A DNA stretch of 64,000 nt from Balanoglossus misakiensis. Its lineage: Eukaryota; Animalia; Hemichordata. The stretch lies in contig CM082580.2 of the NCBI GenBank assembly GCA_040954595.2, forward strand, positions 5,756,783 through 5,820,782, in the 5' to 3' direction. The stretch's first letter is position 1; each line of letters begins with the position of its first letter. Positions 36,117 to 48,300 of this stretch are shown in pieces. Below the pieces are notes generated by a model. That model was not told the origin of the DNA. It ran no database searches and saw only the letters and a program-made list of their open reading frames with translations. A program made the translations under genes and the position numbers.

Positions 36117-38295
36117 ATGTTCGGAAGGCGCAGAATGGGTTGCATTGAACTGCTGAAGCTGCTGACGTTTTCAGTGTTGGGTTTCTCAGCGAGGAGCTTG
36201 TTTGACACGTTGGGACGACAGACACTGCGCCCAAGCTGTGCAGATTGTCAAGTCACCAAGTGTGCAACACTGAAACCGGAGAGCGTGGACAAGCTGCAAG
36301 GTCACGACCTTGCCAGGACTCGCAGCGGCGACATCCACGAGGATTTCAAACCAAAGACGATGTATGAAATGCTCCGATGGACTTACTTCACCGAGAAACA
36401 CGTCTATGAGAATCTGGATGACGACCCGAGAATCGGTCTGATAGGCAACTACAAGCTGGACGTCCAGGACATTTTGTCGCAGGCCATGGCGATCGTCGCC
36501 AGCCACGACCCCGACCCGTCGCGGTACACCTTAAACAGACTAGTCAACGGATACAGACGTGTGGATGCTCTGAAAGGGGCCGAGTACATCTTGGACCTGG
36601 AGGTGAAAAATTCCGTTTCGAGGAGCCTGGAGGAAAGGAGAGTGTACCTGGTGAAGCCCTTCGGTGAGGTTTCCAGTCCGCCAAGACCGTTTGGCGAGAA
36701 GTCAGAGACGGTGAATTTCATCATATCCGTCTCTGGACTCACCGATCGATTTGTGACGTTCATGGAACGATACGAGGAGACGTGTATCAAGGGCGGCGAA
36801 AACACCAGCCTCCTCGTTGTCCTCTTCGCCGCCGACACGGCCGACGAGCAGATTGCGGTGGACGACGTCAAGAGTTTAATGCAGCAATACCAGGAAGATT
36901 ACCCATCCGCTCTGATAACGTACATCGAAACCACGGGCCCGTTTTCTCGCGCCGTTGGGCTGGATGTCGGAGTCAAGCAGTACCCGAAGGACGCCCTTCT
37001 GTTCCTGTCTGACATCGATGTCGACTTTGACGCGGGTTTTCTCAATCGCTGCCGGCAGAACGCAGTGTACAGACAGCTGGTTTACTTCCCGATTGTCTTT
37101 TCCCTTTATGATCCCCAGCTTATTTATCAAGATGCTGAAGTACCAGCTGAGCCAAGCAAAGACATCAACAAACATAATGGTGTGTAATGCTCATCACTAA
37201 TGATTGTTAGTGTAAATGCCACCCAGGGGCCAATTAGTTCAGGGATTTTTACATAGCTTAGGACAGTCTGTGTGGGTAATAGTTAGTTATAAGTTAGTAG
37301 CAAGCCTAAACTTGGGACCTTCAGTGAGGATAGACTGGAAGCGGGTATTTACAGCTGAACTACCGGTAATATTTTTATAGCGACTGTTTCAACATCTCTG
37401 TGGGATGCAGAAAAGTATGGGACAAATGCACATTAGATTTATACTTGTTTGTATTAGCCAGGCCCCTTACTCACCTTCATCTGTATCCAGCCTCTAAGAG
37501 AAATGAAATCCACATCATAGTTTGCAAGTATCACCATGACAACATCCATATTGTCCCATTTACTTCCCTGACACAGGTTTCTGGGTTCACTATGGTTACG
37601 GCATGGTTTGTCTGCATGCCCTGGACTACCACATTGTTGGCGGTTTCGACGTGACGATACACGGCTGGGGTGGAGAGGATGTGGACCTCTACAACAGGTT
37701 CATCAAGAGCGACATTAAGGTGAGTCTCTGCCTTAGATAGGTTTTCACTTTGTGCTAGGGGGTCAAATCACATTTGCCTTTGTAAAGTCATCCAACTCAG
37801 ACTTTTCACATTTTTTATTTTTTTCTGTTACAAAGTACATGAGGTTTCAGAATGACTGAATATGGCTTTAGCTTAAGAACTCCCATTTCTTAAACATGGT
37901 TAAAATCAGCCATCTTGAAATTGTGTCGACCATGTGAGATTTTTATCACTCACCTAGGTAGCAAAACCCTGTTTAAGGTAGGGAGAATTATCCAGGGTTC
38001 TAAACGTGCTGGAAGTCCCTGGAAAGTTTTGTTATAACAGATCAAGACTTTTGTAATAAAATGCTTAACTACTCAGTTGCAAGAAGAAAACTGAAACATA
38101 GCACGTTCACTTTGTATCTCTCAGGTCTTTCGATCAGTTGACCCTGCTCTGACCCATCGCTACCACCACAAGTCATGTGACCCACTTCTCACTTCAGATC
38201 AGTATCGGATGTGCGTCGGGGCTCTGGCGGAGTCCATTGGGTCCAAGTCTCAACTCGCCAGGAAAATGCTGGGCCTGAAAGCGCCCAAAACGTAG
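36117..38295 (+). CDS. Chondroitin sulfate synthase / CSGalNAcT-family glycosyltransferase with a single GalNAc-T domain, ~458 aa
   Basis: Exons 36117-37179, 37577-37719, 38125-38295. N-terminal signal anchor. Motifs VNGYRRVDALKGAEYILDL, FSRAVGLDVG, LLFLSDIDVDF (DxD), CRQNA...VYFPIVFSLYDP, GFWVHYGYGMVC, GGFD..IHGWGGEDVDLY, HRYHHKSCD. Confidence 0.9.
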
Positions 38296-38782
38296 AAAAA
38301 TGTCACCTTTTTTACCACCGTTGTTTGGGTCGACCCATGCTATATGCACAGGTGAGGTTGGATCCACTCATGGAGAATTGGTAGTGGAAGGGTCTATTTG
38401 TAAGATACTTGAAATACACAAACACATACCTTGGGTACATCTTAGGTAATGGTCAGTGCAATGTAATTTCATAACACATTGAATGAGCGCAGTGTTTCAT
38501 ATGTGGCATGTTAATTATACCTCTATCAAGGTGTGGACTGCCATTCTGAATAACACTTGACCCCCCCCCCCCACCCCCTAGCTTATTTCATTGCATCATT
38601 TTGATGATTATTTTAATCTGAATCAGAAGTTTGTCTCAGGACACTGGTAACCAGCTGATCTTTGACTTATTTTTGTGCATATTAAAATCCTACAAATGTA
38701 ACTACACATTGTTTTTGGTACACCTTGTAAAATGGCCACCACGGTGTACTACAGAAATATTGTATTTTTTTCATAGAGCTTT

Positions 38783-38930
38783 ATGATGAGATGCGATGTG
38801 ATGTGATGTGACGTGATATGACGTGATGTGACGTTATGTGATGAGATGCGATGTGATGTGACGTTATGTGATGTGACGTTATGTGACGTTATATGATGAG
38901 ATGCGATGTGATGTGATGTGATGTGACGTG
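38783..38930. repeat. Pentanucleotide (GATGT/GACGT)n microsatellite
   Basis: Direct reading. Confidence 0.9.
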
Positions 38931-39899
38931 AAGATAAATTTGCCTAGCTTACCGTGTGCACCTTTAATTGCTTTGGTACGGGGAGAGAGAATCCCTGTCC
39001 ACTTCAGTTTTACATCCGCTAAACCGTTTCAGTTGAGTACGTCATCCGGCTACTTGTAATCGAGCTGTTTTTGTATGTTTTTTTACGGCTAGGAATGCGA
39101 TAAGTGTGGAGAAGTCGAGGCTGTACATGTCCCTTTCAACACACTAAGCGTTGGCCACGTTTCTGCTTGAGCCTCTGTTTTTTGTCAATAACGCAGGTAG
39201 TCTTACTAATTACGTGTTTTTTTAGTATTCTGATCGTCTCAGGTCGTGACTCCTAGTCCTAAACGAACAGGACTACATGTGTTCAACACATGTATTGTGT
39301 TCATACATCGAAATGGTGAAGTGTTTCTTTTTTATATTATTCCCAGCCGAAGTGGTTTATGGTTTGTGTCGCTAAATTAATGTTCATCAACCGATCATCA
39401 GGGTACTTTAGTTATCTTGGACGGGCTTTTTCCTCTTTTGAGAGATTTGTGACCCTCAAAAGGGTGTTGCATGCATCTTTTTTATGACATCCCTTTGAAA
39501 GAACTTCTGTCAACCGCCATGGGACAATTTCATTCACAAAGGAGGAAATCACCCTTTGATCGAGGACTGTGGGAAGATTGGAACTGCACAGGTTACCATG
39601 GTTACCGTTGATCGATTCTCAAGGACAGGTCAAGCCGACCTGGACTGATGTCGACTTGCTGAGTCCGGGTTGTCAGTCTAGACTCGTAACTCGTCGAACG
39701 CGATACTAAATTATGCCCGGAAAATGAAAACGAGGAAACTTAAGCTTGTCGAGTTGCAGCTGTTTTTCCCGCTATTGGGGATAATTTTACTTTTTTATGA
39801 CTCAAAGGATGGATTGCCCGCAAAGTTAAGTGATTCTAACGTTTTGAAGTAGGACATATTTATGTGCCGTGTCCCTGGCTTGTCTCAATTCTTTATTAA

Positions 39900-39984
39900 C
39901 CCTTTTCACCACAATGGTTTGATCCAAATCTATTGCTTTCTATGGTAAAGTTGGATCTCTCGAAAGGAAATGGGGGTGAAAGGG
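39900..39984. mobile_element. Tiny piggyBac-like MITE (85 bp)
   Basis: TTAA|cccttttcacc...ggtgaaaggg|TTAA. Confidence 0.55.
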
Positions 39985-42090
39985 TTAAAGGTACCACGGC
40001 ACTCACTTTTGAAAGTATTTGGTAATTTCATGTCTGTAGGGAGATTCATCAAGTTTAAAATGCTTCCTTGAAAGGGGGGTGGTGTTCCACTTGGAACAGT
40101 CGAAATTTCAGACGCACTGTACTGTACAATTCCAAAGCACCATAAAATGTTTATAAATTACCTCAACGCACATTCACAGATGTTTGCAATTTTCCACTTT
40201 TCCCTCGTGAGTGGTGTGAGAACCTGCAAGGGCACAGTCATTCTGCTTAAGTCGTTTCCAAATTCCATCCTTCTTTCCGAATGTATCATTTACCCGTTTT
40301 GTGCAACTTATTTATCTCACAGATGCTTTAATATCAAGAGATGTTAGACTTCATTCCGTTTAGGTTCCTTTGAATTTTCATAAATTACCAACGGGGAATA
40401 ACTTTAGTATGTGTTTCTGTGTGTATCAGAGTTAGACTACAGTCATTCCATTTCTGGTGAACCCAGATTTGTTGGGAATAGCAACTATCCGTTCTAACCT
40501 CATATCATCAACAAGCTCTTGAATTACAGTGTCAGTCATCCAAAAAAGAAAAGAAAAAAGTTTTCTCACACCCCCATCCAAACAGAACCAACATTAAACA
40601 TTCAGTATGAGTTAATTGCTCAAAGATGTGACAAAAACGGTGCGTATATGTCAGCACATGCCAAGATAACGTTTGTGTAAACTTTGGCTAGTATTACTGT
40701 TGGCACAAAGCTGTGTTGATTGTCAGACACAGCAAGTCCAGCGATGCAATGTGTGTATGTCTTTCATCCACGACGGCCCCCAACAACTTGACCTCTGACC
40801 TTTTGCTTTCTTCCGTGGGCATGTGTTCGTTGAAGTGCCTGGGAACAGGCGAGGTACCACTGTGTCATTCACCTTGAAAACAATTTAATGTAAGAAAAGT
40901 TAAAGTAATAAAGTATTGTTTAGTCTGTGGTTGAATCTGATGAATGTACAGCGTGGTAAATGTAATTGTAGGGTCTGCTAAACAGAAATAAAGAGTCTAT
41001 TGAAATATTGTTGAAAAATATCCTTTGATCTTTGAGATAGCATACATCGATTTTTGTGTGTCACAAGCCTATACAAAATGTACTTGATATTTTTTAACAA
41101 AATATTTTGAACAGGCACTATATTGGGCTTTCGTTCACAAAAGGGGAGCTATGTACAGTCTTGCAAACCTGGATTAAGATAGTTGCATCTATGTTGTAAG
41201 TGTCAATTTCTTGACAAAATGTTTACGCTGAGGTAAATACAGCTACGTATATTATAATCAAGTAGCAGATAGGATCTCAAAAATGCGTGATGTCCGTCTA
41301 GGCAAGCTTTAGTTTTCTCTTAGTTGGGGCACAAACCCCACAAACGCTAGAGATGCTGTGATTTACAGTTTTGCTAAGACTAGCCCACTTGTCGCTTGGT
41401 GAAATTTAGTTTTTATAAAGATTCTTGGACATCTCGTTATATTTATTCGTTACTTTTCGTGTGCCCCGCTATCTCAGGCATGACGCTACTCGTTCACTCC
41501 ACACACGCTATAGAGACTCGGAAATTGTTTCTAAATTGTTTTAATTATTAAATACTTAAGCCAATAGACTTGGGGCGAGTCTAGGCTTCGATGTCTGTTT
41601 TGCTGTTCCACCAGGTTCAAGTTGAAAACAGAACTGACTTGTGAGGGGCAATGACGCCCCCCCCCAAAAAAAATAACAATTTTAACGGGTTTTGTTAATA
41701 GGAAAATTTTGTTTTTAACCAGGGAGATCCGTACGTACTTCATCCAGTGCCACGTCTTCGTGTGTAGTCTGACGCGGTAGTTTTGATTATCGATGGTTTT
41801 TTGCCGTCAACAGTAGAGCGAGATGTAATACTGTGAGTCTTGGTGATGATTTAGGCCAACACCAAACCCATGTCATCGATGCGGTGTGGAATAAAGGAAC
41901 TGAACATTTTTTTTAGCCAGATGTGTAAACGTTAAACCGCAGTCCCTCACGTGGTTAACCACGACGATTGATATTAAGGTCTTGTGTTTACGCTTGCGAC
42001 AGATTGCTCTCACGCTATCTAAACCATTTACAAAAAGTTTGTGGTCATTCTGGATTATTAACCCGCAAGTATTGAGAGAAGTCAATCTGA

Positions 42091-42228
42091 GGGAGCTTTC
42101 AGTTATTATGAGGGGTGGGCCGGGAGAATTTGGGAGGGATACACTTTACGTATACATGACGGGCCATCCCCCATTCCCCCCCCCCCCCGCGACCAACCCA
42201 CCCCCATGCATAATAACTGAACACTCCC
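42091..42228. mobile_element. Short Harbinger/Tourist-like MITE (138 bp)
   Basis: TIR gggagctttcagttattatg / cataataactgaacactccc with G/C tracts inside. Flanks are tga and taa (imperfect 3-bp TSD). Confidence 0.6.
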
Positions 42229-43121
42229 TAACTAGTGACACCATTTCGGTTTCTTGGCTCAGTGCGTGCTGGCTATAAAATTGAACTTAAACGTATTTGT
42301 CGCGTCTCTATCTTGAAGCTCGGCTATTATACGTGGTTTGGCAGATTTCTCTAGATTTAAGTGCCGTTAGAATTTGACTTGCGCGCCTGGCGGTTGCGTA
42401 TTTCGTTGGAATTGGTAATTGGTAACTTTCGCGTTTTCGCGACATGCAGTGAAGCTTAAAGATTACAAGACGTTTCATGACATCGTTTTAACGAGAAAAG
42501 CAAGAAATTTCGTTACTATCTGAGTATTAATACTTGGATTCTTTTTTGTATTGGCCGTACTAAAACTGAAAATGAACAATTTTAGTAGAAATTGTTATGA
42601 AAGTGCACACAACTTCGCAGTTTTGACACCTCTGCTGATGTTGCGCTTGTATCACCCGGAAACGCGAGGAATCTGAGAACATGCCTCCATGCGAACTCAA
42701 AAGCAAGTAACAACTGCTGCGGTACTGATAATCTATTAAAATATGAGAATCTTTACAAATGTACCGCACGATGAGAAACTTTTCTTCGCAGACAGGGGCA
42801 CCCGGGTCAGATCTATTCCCGGGCAAATCATGCGTATCGTGATTTTAAAAACATATGTAGGTCTGCGAGGATTTTTTTTGCACACAACTGCGCCCGTCCA
42901 TCGAGAGAAGCTTCATCTAATGATATAAAGTAAACACTATGTCCCGTGCTTGTTTTTTTTTAGCAGAGCCACTTGCAGCTACCATAGAACAAAAGTGTGA
43001 CCTACTTAGCGCGAGAGTACACGAAAAGAGCTGACTCAGCACTTTACCCCCGTAGTTTAGACCTAACTGAAAAAGGACGAGAACTGAGTATTTTTAAAGA
43101 TGTTAAAAATTCGTTGATGTG

Positions 43122-43153
<32 letters not shown>

Positions 43154-43390
43154 GGGGGGGGGGGAGTTCTGTAACTATACTTCACCATCGACGTGTGTAT
43201 TTACACGGAACAAAACAACATAAGCTACTGAACTCCGTTGTGTGCTCATTTTCCGCGGGTTTCTGCAATTTCGATACACAACGTGTTTTATGTGGACTGG
43301 CTATAGCAGATGCGCCAGCGTTTGACAATGCAAATAGCGTCTGCATACCAGCCAACTTTATACGGATAAAACTGCGCTCTGGTGTAGGTT

Positions 43391-43504
43391 CAATCTGATT
43401 AAAATCAGATGTAGGGAATGGCGACGTGGTTTTTTATGCTGTCGCCTCACTCTACATAAACAAAACCACGTCGCCGTTCCCTACATCTGATTTTAATCAG
43501 ATTG
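43391..43504. mobile_element. Hairpin MITE (114 bp) with 9-bp TSD (Mutator-like)
   Basis: caatctgattaaaatcagatgtagggaa...ttccctacatctgattttaatcagattg, flanked by the direct repeat gtgtaggtt at 43382-43390 and 43505-43513. Confidence 0.85.
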
Positions 43505-43700
43505 GTGTAGGTTCTGCCAAATATATCCACTTTTAAGTGTTCACGGCACAGGTGGCCAAATATTGTGATTGAACTGGGCGATCAAGTTCCGCGGACGAGG
43601 TCAGTGACCTCCACTACCACCCGGTGACATTCGACTGTCTGTCAAAGCCAAGATATAAATGCTGTTCGTGCCATTCCCATGTGACACCGATGCACTTTTA

Positions 43701-43886
43701 AGGTTCACGGTCACCTCCAATTTACATACGCCCATATATGGTTAAAATGGAGCACTTTAGTGTTCTAAAGAACAAATGGTGGTGATCTATTTTTTCGCGT
43801 GTGCCACCCACTAAAAATCGGTGATTGGCCATATCTCAATTTGCCATGGTAACTGTAGCTAAATTTACATAGGTGACCGTATACCT
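43701..43886. mobile_element. TTAA-target MITE, family B copy 2 (inverted relative to 32946)
   Basis: aggttcacggtcacc...ggtgaccgtatacct|TTAA. The internal sequence is the reverse complement of 32946-33131. Confidence 0.85.
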
Positions 43887-45332
43887 TTAATACAACTGTA
43901 GAGCTATATATCAGGGATGTACGCGCTGGACGTTAACTTGTAAATTGCGCAAATGCATCTTTTTTCCATAGATTACATTGAAAACAGCTAGAAAACTCAC
44001 TTCTACTATTGTCATTTAATGAAATTTTACACATGGCTCAGTCAAAAAAAAGATAAATAAATCAGTGCTACCAAAGACAACCAAGACAGGTGTACTTGTT
44101 TTCTCTAGACTCTCTCACAGCCCACGGTTCGCTACACAGCTCTTCACTGATGCGCCCTCAACTGTTTATCAAATGAGTAGCTCCATATGGTGTTGTCAAT
44201 AAGCCTGCATTTGCGACGAGAGGGGATGTGAGATAGTGTCTAGTGTTTTCTCCTAAGGTCCATAGTATAATCATGGTAGTATTAAGACGTCGTCGGCTTT
44301 TTGTTCTCCAAACAGTCCGTCGCACTCTACCTCAGTGTGCGAATAGCAGATATTCGCAAGCAACATAGTATTTAACTGTCAATGAAATTGGGGTAGGGTA
44401 TATTACCATTAACGACACCATTATCAACTGGATTAATTGAATGTGCCAAATCTCCGTTTTGCAACATAGACGAGCGCCACCAGAAGGCCGAATCTTTCTT
44501 GGTCATCCTGACTACGGCCATGTGTGATACGGTTGTCTTGTGTACACTGAAGTACAGGTGCACTATACAGGGCCGTGTTGACTGGCGGCAAATTACTTAC
44601 AAGTTTGTTTCTATTAATAACCACATTTTCGGGAGAATTTGTTCTGTAGAATTTACAAGGTTGTACTCGACCCATGCACTTCAACAAAACTGTAAATTAC
44701 GAAGGTTGTTGGCCACATTTGTACTTTTGCGAAGTTCACGACTGTTGTCGTAAAGAGGCTGTGGTTTACACGATCATGAGATCACGTACCGGTGAGGGCG
44801 TCAACAACAAGCTCACATTCACAGTATTAATGCGCGTCGAGTTTATGATTCATGGTGACGAAAAACGCCACAAAATCGGACGAGCAAAGTGTTTGCTGAC
44901 AGTCTGGGGATAAATCAACCAACTACTATATTTATAACGCATTTGGCAATAAACGCATCGTATAACTCGAGTATTAATACACACATTTTTTTGTAAATTT
45001 TACAAGTTCGTACTTGACCAGTGCGCACGAAGCTAGTGTAATGAACTTGAACGATGGACCCAGCCAGGATTGTACCTATCAAAGTGAAAATACAATCCCA
45101 CTCTTAGATGGAAAAAAGTCACCATTCCTCCTGTACAGCAAAGGTCAAGTTCAAGCTCAACGCCCCTTCAGTGAACTAGAATGAGATTGTACGAACTCTA
45201 AGAGCACTCATTACAATCGATTTGACCGAAGCACAAAAACTGCCACTTAACTGCGAGTTAGAAGTTCACGTGACAGATATGCCGATTTCGCCCGTTGTTT
45301 AGATGGCAAAAAGCCACTACAGTGATGTACAC

Positions 45333-45337
<5 letters not shown>

Positions 45338-45373
<36 letters not shown>

Positions 45374-45380
45374 AGAGAGA
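45338..45380. repeat. (GA)n microsatellite
   Basis: Direct reading. Confidence 0.9.
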
Positions 45381-48300
45381 GTCAGAGAACAATAATTGAA
45401 GAATTTCGTTTATGACTTGCGGAATGCCGGCGTACTTGACCAATGCACTCGAACGGTAAGTACAGACATTACTGTAGTGTTTGCATGGTAAATATGAATC
45501 GCAAGGGAATGTTACATTACTATGTGTGACAGTTGTATGCACTAGGCATTGGCAGTCGAAACTCGACGGTGACACACGCGAATGAAAGTGTGCTCCTTTG
45601 AAGCGTCGTTGATGGCGACGATGAATGTAGAATGTCCCCCGTTCTCGCTCCGGTTGCTGTTACGTCGTCGAAACTGCAAGATATTTTAAGATCAAAAACT
45701 TCAATCGTGACAATGAAATAACAACGTCAACACTTGGAGAAAAATATCACCAAGTAGGAGTTTTCGGGGCCCGGACAGTTCATGCAGTTTGCAAAACGAC
45801 ACGGGATCAATAACTCTTTTAGGGGTGTGATTCGGGGTGCACGAAATAAGTACGCCTATGTGAAGTGATTGGCAGAATATTTTTATTGCATTTTATTAAT
45901 AACCGGCTTTACGGAATTTTATTTATAGCGTTTCAGGAGGTCGAACCTGTCAGCTTGGATTGTTCTTTTTTTACGACCGTCGGAGATACTCCGAGGTGGC
46001 ACCACCACTTGGATTTCTTCCAAGACGCTGATTTTTTTGACGAGGTAAGGCGACGTCGCCGCCGAACACAAGAGGTGCGGCGCGGTCTACTTCTCTTGTC
46101 AAGGTTGTTTCCGCCCTCAACATACATTCACCGTGTCCCAAGCATACTTTATGCGCAATCTCGCAAAGGGTCATTTTTTTCCTGGACTCACAGAGACACG
46201 TTTGCGAGCAGACATATACGCCACGCATGCAAAGTTAACGCAAAACGCCATACGACTGAAACATGCTGTAATCGCACTGACCCTGCACGTGCTTGCGGTG
46301 GTCATTATCGCGAGAATGGGATGATGGGAATGCTTCATAGCGGAGATGGTTGCCATGGTTGCAATTGATCCACATAAAGTGACACTGTGGTTTTTCCCCC
46401 CTAAATATGTACAAGTGTAGGATTTACCGTTTCTGGAGTGTTCTTGGGAAAAAATGCTGGCAAATTGTCACGTGGCACCTTGGCCAATTTTAAATTATCA
46501 TAACTCACTGCAATTTACAATTGTAATATAATGCGACGCAGTACGGCCGCGTTATGATCCCACTTGTGTCAAGCGCCAATCTGAACAATAACCTACTCAA
46601 TATAACAATGAAAGTGCGTGGAAAGTTTGTTGTATCGCTTCTGAAGATGCAGATAACCAAAGACTCCTGATTTGTACTTCGCATTTCGCGAATACGGCGC
46701 TACTTCAACCACGATCACTACAGCATGCAAAGGAATACTGTGTATGCTTCAACAAGATTTTCCCGAGAAGGAATCCGAATACAGACAAGAACATTTTGAG
46801 TTTTTAGTGAACACATTATTGGATAACTTCTACCCGTTCCCGAGGCTATGGCGGTTGTTGTTTTACCTGCCGGAGGGACCCGTGTTTATAGACGATGATA
46901 TCGCCTGAGACATATAGACGAATCATGGAACTCGAGCGTATGATTGGGTCTCTACAAACAGCTGAACAACCAGTCCGGTCTATTAGCTGCCAGGTGTACA
47001 GTTTTCTGACGGCATTCTCATTTCTGAAGACATCGAAGGATAACTTGCACGTTTCAGGGGGCTGCATCGCGCATGCAGAGCAACGCTGCGGGCAATACGC
47101 AATGTCGGCCCGCGTGTCAAGAGTACTTGGTCCTATTAAAGTTAATCGCCAACAGACACACCGATAACTCCTGAACTCGAGGATTGTAAAAAAGTGAATT
47201 TGTGATACGATTATTAGGCAGTAAAAATTGCAGCAAATACGAACGTAGCTATATAGCTGAGTTGCTAACACGTACCACAGACAAAGTACGCTGTTTCTCG
47301 TATGTGTTGAGCAGTCTCATTGCGCATGCGTGTTTCTGATTGTGGCATCGTGCAACAGGTGCTATGTCAGTAACTTTGAACTTTCTATACCTTGCTTGTT
47401 GAGAAAAAATCGAATGTGCATGAGTACTTATAGACCACAAACGAGAGAGCTAGCGGTATTGTTTAATGACATGTTAGAGCATTGCGATACCGCATCAATG
47501 TTGTTCCCAGGCTGTAACCAACCTATACGTACTATCAGCTCGTGTCGTAAATCGAAGACGACGTCGAAGCGACGCTGAGCCCTTCACTTTGTCAAAAGCC
47601 GCTTTTCGTGCGAAAACATAATCCATTTTCATTTTTACTGGCAATCAAAGTGTTTGGTTGGACACGCCTGAATAGGTGTCGACAGGTTTGTGATCCTTTG
47701 CGATATGCATAACGCGGTGACCTTGTAGCGCCGCGGAGTTTTGAATCATATTTTACAAGCGGCACGATTTCCTGCCTTGTACCCTGAACAAGTCGCCGTC
47801 GGTCAATGACACGATCCCCACCTGGTCACTGGATGTGATCTTTGGATTGAGCTCATACAAGTCATGTTACATATACAGTAGGCCTAAACATGCACGTAGC
47901 ATTCTGGAAGTGGGTAAACTATATGCCTATCTGAACCGGGGGTGGGTTTCAACAATGAAGGTATCTCTGAGTTCCAGCAGTACAGTGTCACTCCCCAAAT
48001 CATGACGAAAGACGCGTTAGTTGTAACTTTCGTATATTTTTTCCCACAGGTACTGTGTATCTGTACGGTTTTTTCATAATATTAGTATATTGTCCGATGC
48101 GGTCATTCTAAATTTTCTATTGCGCTGTGGCCGGTCGTGTACCATCTGTCCAAACGAGTTCTCTCTACAAGTGTTGACAGAGAAGCGGTGTTTTGCGGGA
48201 GGTGATAGAATTTCTTCAAAATCGATGACGTCAAATCTTCTCCCCGCCGGGACTGCACCACCATCATTTAATAACGATAAATAATTTGGAATAATTCAAT

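Noticed and set aside
46200-46320. piggyBac C-terminal Cys-rich domain
   Set aside because: Cys spacing is imperfect, and no DDD catalytic region or TTAA-flanked TIRs were found.
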